DNA of 64,000 nucleotides from Takakia lepidozioides (Eukaryota; Plantae; Bryophyta): NCBI GenBank assembly GCA_030704615.1, contig CM060734.1, positions 5,208,001 to 5,272,000 of the forward strand, read 5' to 3'. Shown piece by piece: positions 61,760 to 64,000 of this stretch (position 1 is its first letter; each line of letters starts with the position of its first letter). The notes under the pieces were generated by a model. It saw only the letters and a program-made list of their open reading frames with translations, ran no database searches and was not told where the DNA came from. The position numbers and the translations under genes were made by a program.

Positions 61760-64000
61760 TATGAGATCAATCGAAATTCGTTCAATGGGCCAACGGATGG
61801 TTGCCCATCCAAATGATTTTCGTTCGCTTTCAAACCTTGGCCAGCGTGTTCAATGTACCCTCTGATACGTCCCAGTGTAATACGAGATCAATCGAAAATC
61901 GTTCCATTGTCCAATGAGGCGTTCACTTGTCATCTGGTTTTTGTTCAATGCGAAAAAGAAATCGTGCAATGCGTGCACGGCTATTGCACCCATTGAACGG
62001 TTGTGGTTGAAGCCCCTCTTTTGCCCGCACGTGCGCGACACATGTGCGGAGACACAACAGACGAATAAATCATTTGCCTCCCCATCGACGCGCTCCCCCC
62101 TCAAGCCATTCCACATTTTTAATTGAATTCAAATCTATTTCAAGCCAATAAATAGGTTTGCACTGCCTTTCAGTGGGGGTTTCTGGCACGTATCGATTTT
62201 GTTTTTGGCTCAATTTTGTTCTGCGGCTTCCAGCATCCCACGGCTACTCCCCCGCCAAAATTTGGACCAATCAAAAATGCCCCCCCAAAAAAGGTGTTCT
62301 CTTTTCGCTCACTATTGCAGAACTCTCTATGAAGAGTGCATGAAGTAGAACCAAATCAAGTTTGGAGTGCAAAACAGGGAAGAAACTGTGGTTTTGGGTC
62401 CAAATGAATTTTGATCGCTCCCAAATTTGGCACGCACATTGCGTATGGCTACATTACACGCCCCATTCAAAAACGGATGAAAAACAAATCGTGAGCACGC
62501 GAAACACAGTCCAACAGGTCCCAAAGCAATAGCAGCTCCAACAGAATACATTCAACGGGTGAACGGATGGTTGCCCATCCAAATCATTTTTGTTAGCTTC
62601 CAAACTTTGCCAGCACGTTCCAGACACCCTCTCACAGGTCCCGGACTAAATATCAGATCAATCGAAAATTCATTCGGATGGCTCAACGGATGGTTGGCCA
62701 TCGAAATGATTTGGTTCGCTTTGAGACTTGGCCACTATGTTCAACGTGCCATGTAAGAGGCCCCAGAGTAATATGAGATCAATCGAAATTCGTTCAATGG
62801 GCCAACGGATGGTTGCCCATCCAAATGATTTCGTTCGCTTTCAAACCTTGGCCAGCGTGTTCAATGTACCCTCTGATACGTCCCAGTGTAATACGAGATC
62901 AATCGAAAATCGTTCCATTGTCCAATGAGGCGTTCACTTGTCATCTGGTTTTTGTTCAATGCGAAAAAGAAATCGTGCAATGCGTGCACGGCTATTGCAC
63001 CCATTGAACGGTTGTGGTTGAAGCCCCTCTTTTGCCCGCACGTGCGCGACACATGTGGCGAGACACAACAGACGAATAAATCATTTGCCTCCCCATCGAC
63101 GCGCTCCCCCCCAAGCCATTCCACATTTTTAATTGAATTCAAATTATTTTAAGCCAATAAATAGGTTTGCACTGCCTTTCAGTGGGGGTTTTCTGGCACG
63201 TATCGATTTTGTTTTTGGCTCAATTTTGTTCTGCGGCTTCCAGCATCCCACGGCTACTCCCCCGCCAAAATTTGGACCAATCAAAAATGCCCCCCCCAAA
63301 AGGTGTTCTCTTTTTTCGCTCACTATTGCAGAACTCTCTATGAAGAGTGCATGAAGAACACAAATCAAGTTTGGAGTGCAAAAGGGAAGAAACTGTGGTT
63401 TTGGGTCCAAATGAATTTTGATCGCTCCCAAATTTGGCACGCACATTGCATATGGCTACATTACACGCCCCCATTCAAAAACGGATGAAAAACAAATCGT
63501 GAGCACGCGAAACACAGTCCAACAGGTCCCAAACAATAGCAGCTCCAACAGAATACATTCAACGGGTGAACGGATGGTTGCCCATCCAAATCATTTTTGT
63601 TAGCTTCCAAACTTTGCCAGCACGTTCCAGACACCCTCTCAGGTCCCGGACTAATATCAGATCAATCGAAAATTCATTCGGATGGCTCAACGGAGGGTTG
63701 GCCATCGAAATGATTTTGGTTCGCTTTGAGACTTGGCCACTATGTTCAACGTGCCATGTAAGAGGCCCCAGAGTAATATGAGATCAATCGAAATTCGTTC
63801 AATGGGCCAACGGATGGTTGCCCATCCAAATGATTTTCGTTCGCTTTCAAAACCTTGGCCAGCGTGTCAATGTACCCTCTGATACGTCCCAGTGTAATAC
63901 GAGATCAATCGAAAATCGTTCCATTGTCCAATGAGGCGTTCACTTGTCATCTGGTTTTTGTTCAATGCGAAAAAGAAATCCTGCAATGCGTGCACGGCTA
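61760..64000 (+). repeat. ~1.01-kb tandem satellite with internal ~120-bp subrepeats
   Basis: TATGAGATCAATCGAAATTCG restarts at 61760, 62772 and 63777. Units are nearly identical and the array runs off the window. Confidence 0.95.

Noticed and set aside
61760-64000. 5S rDNA array or protein-coding repeats
   Set aside because: The ~120-bp subrepeats show no resemblance to 5S rRNA, and the ORFs are broken by indels between units.

Overview
Eukaryotic, repeat-dense DNA, most consistent with a non-seed land plant (inferred from the DRM-type methyltransferase and Phygy/Selgy-like and chromoviral Ty3 elements). No intact host gene was found. The scaffold is CACTA (En/Spm) sequence: a CACTAC terminus at 1469 with palindromic subterminal repeats, a DRM methyltransferase remnant split by a SINE, and a spliced TnpD transposase on the minus strand (27533 to 11797). 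It continues with a divergent acidic gene, long degenerate repeat modules, a TnpA/Ptta-like pseudogene and a GTAGTG terminus at 60604. Nested inside are a full-length chromovirus (4746-11701, TSD AGGCC) and a full-length non-chromoviral Ty3 element (11949-23498, TSD TGAAG) inserted in TnpD. Also nested are two truncated copies of the same chromovirus family, an orphan LTR-like fragment, a truncated Ty3 element whose 1.6-kb LTR carries three F-box-like modules, and an L1-type LINE remnant. LINE ORF1-like remnants flank both ends, and a ~1-kb tandem satellite runs off the right edge. The strongest leads are the CACTA-borne DRM, the F-box array in an LTR, the integrase-repeat-extra-ORF read-through, and a frame-preserving 71-bp micro-inversion in gag. 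All calls are by eye; no searches were run.
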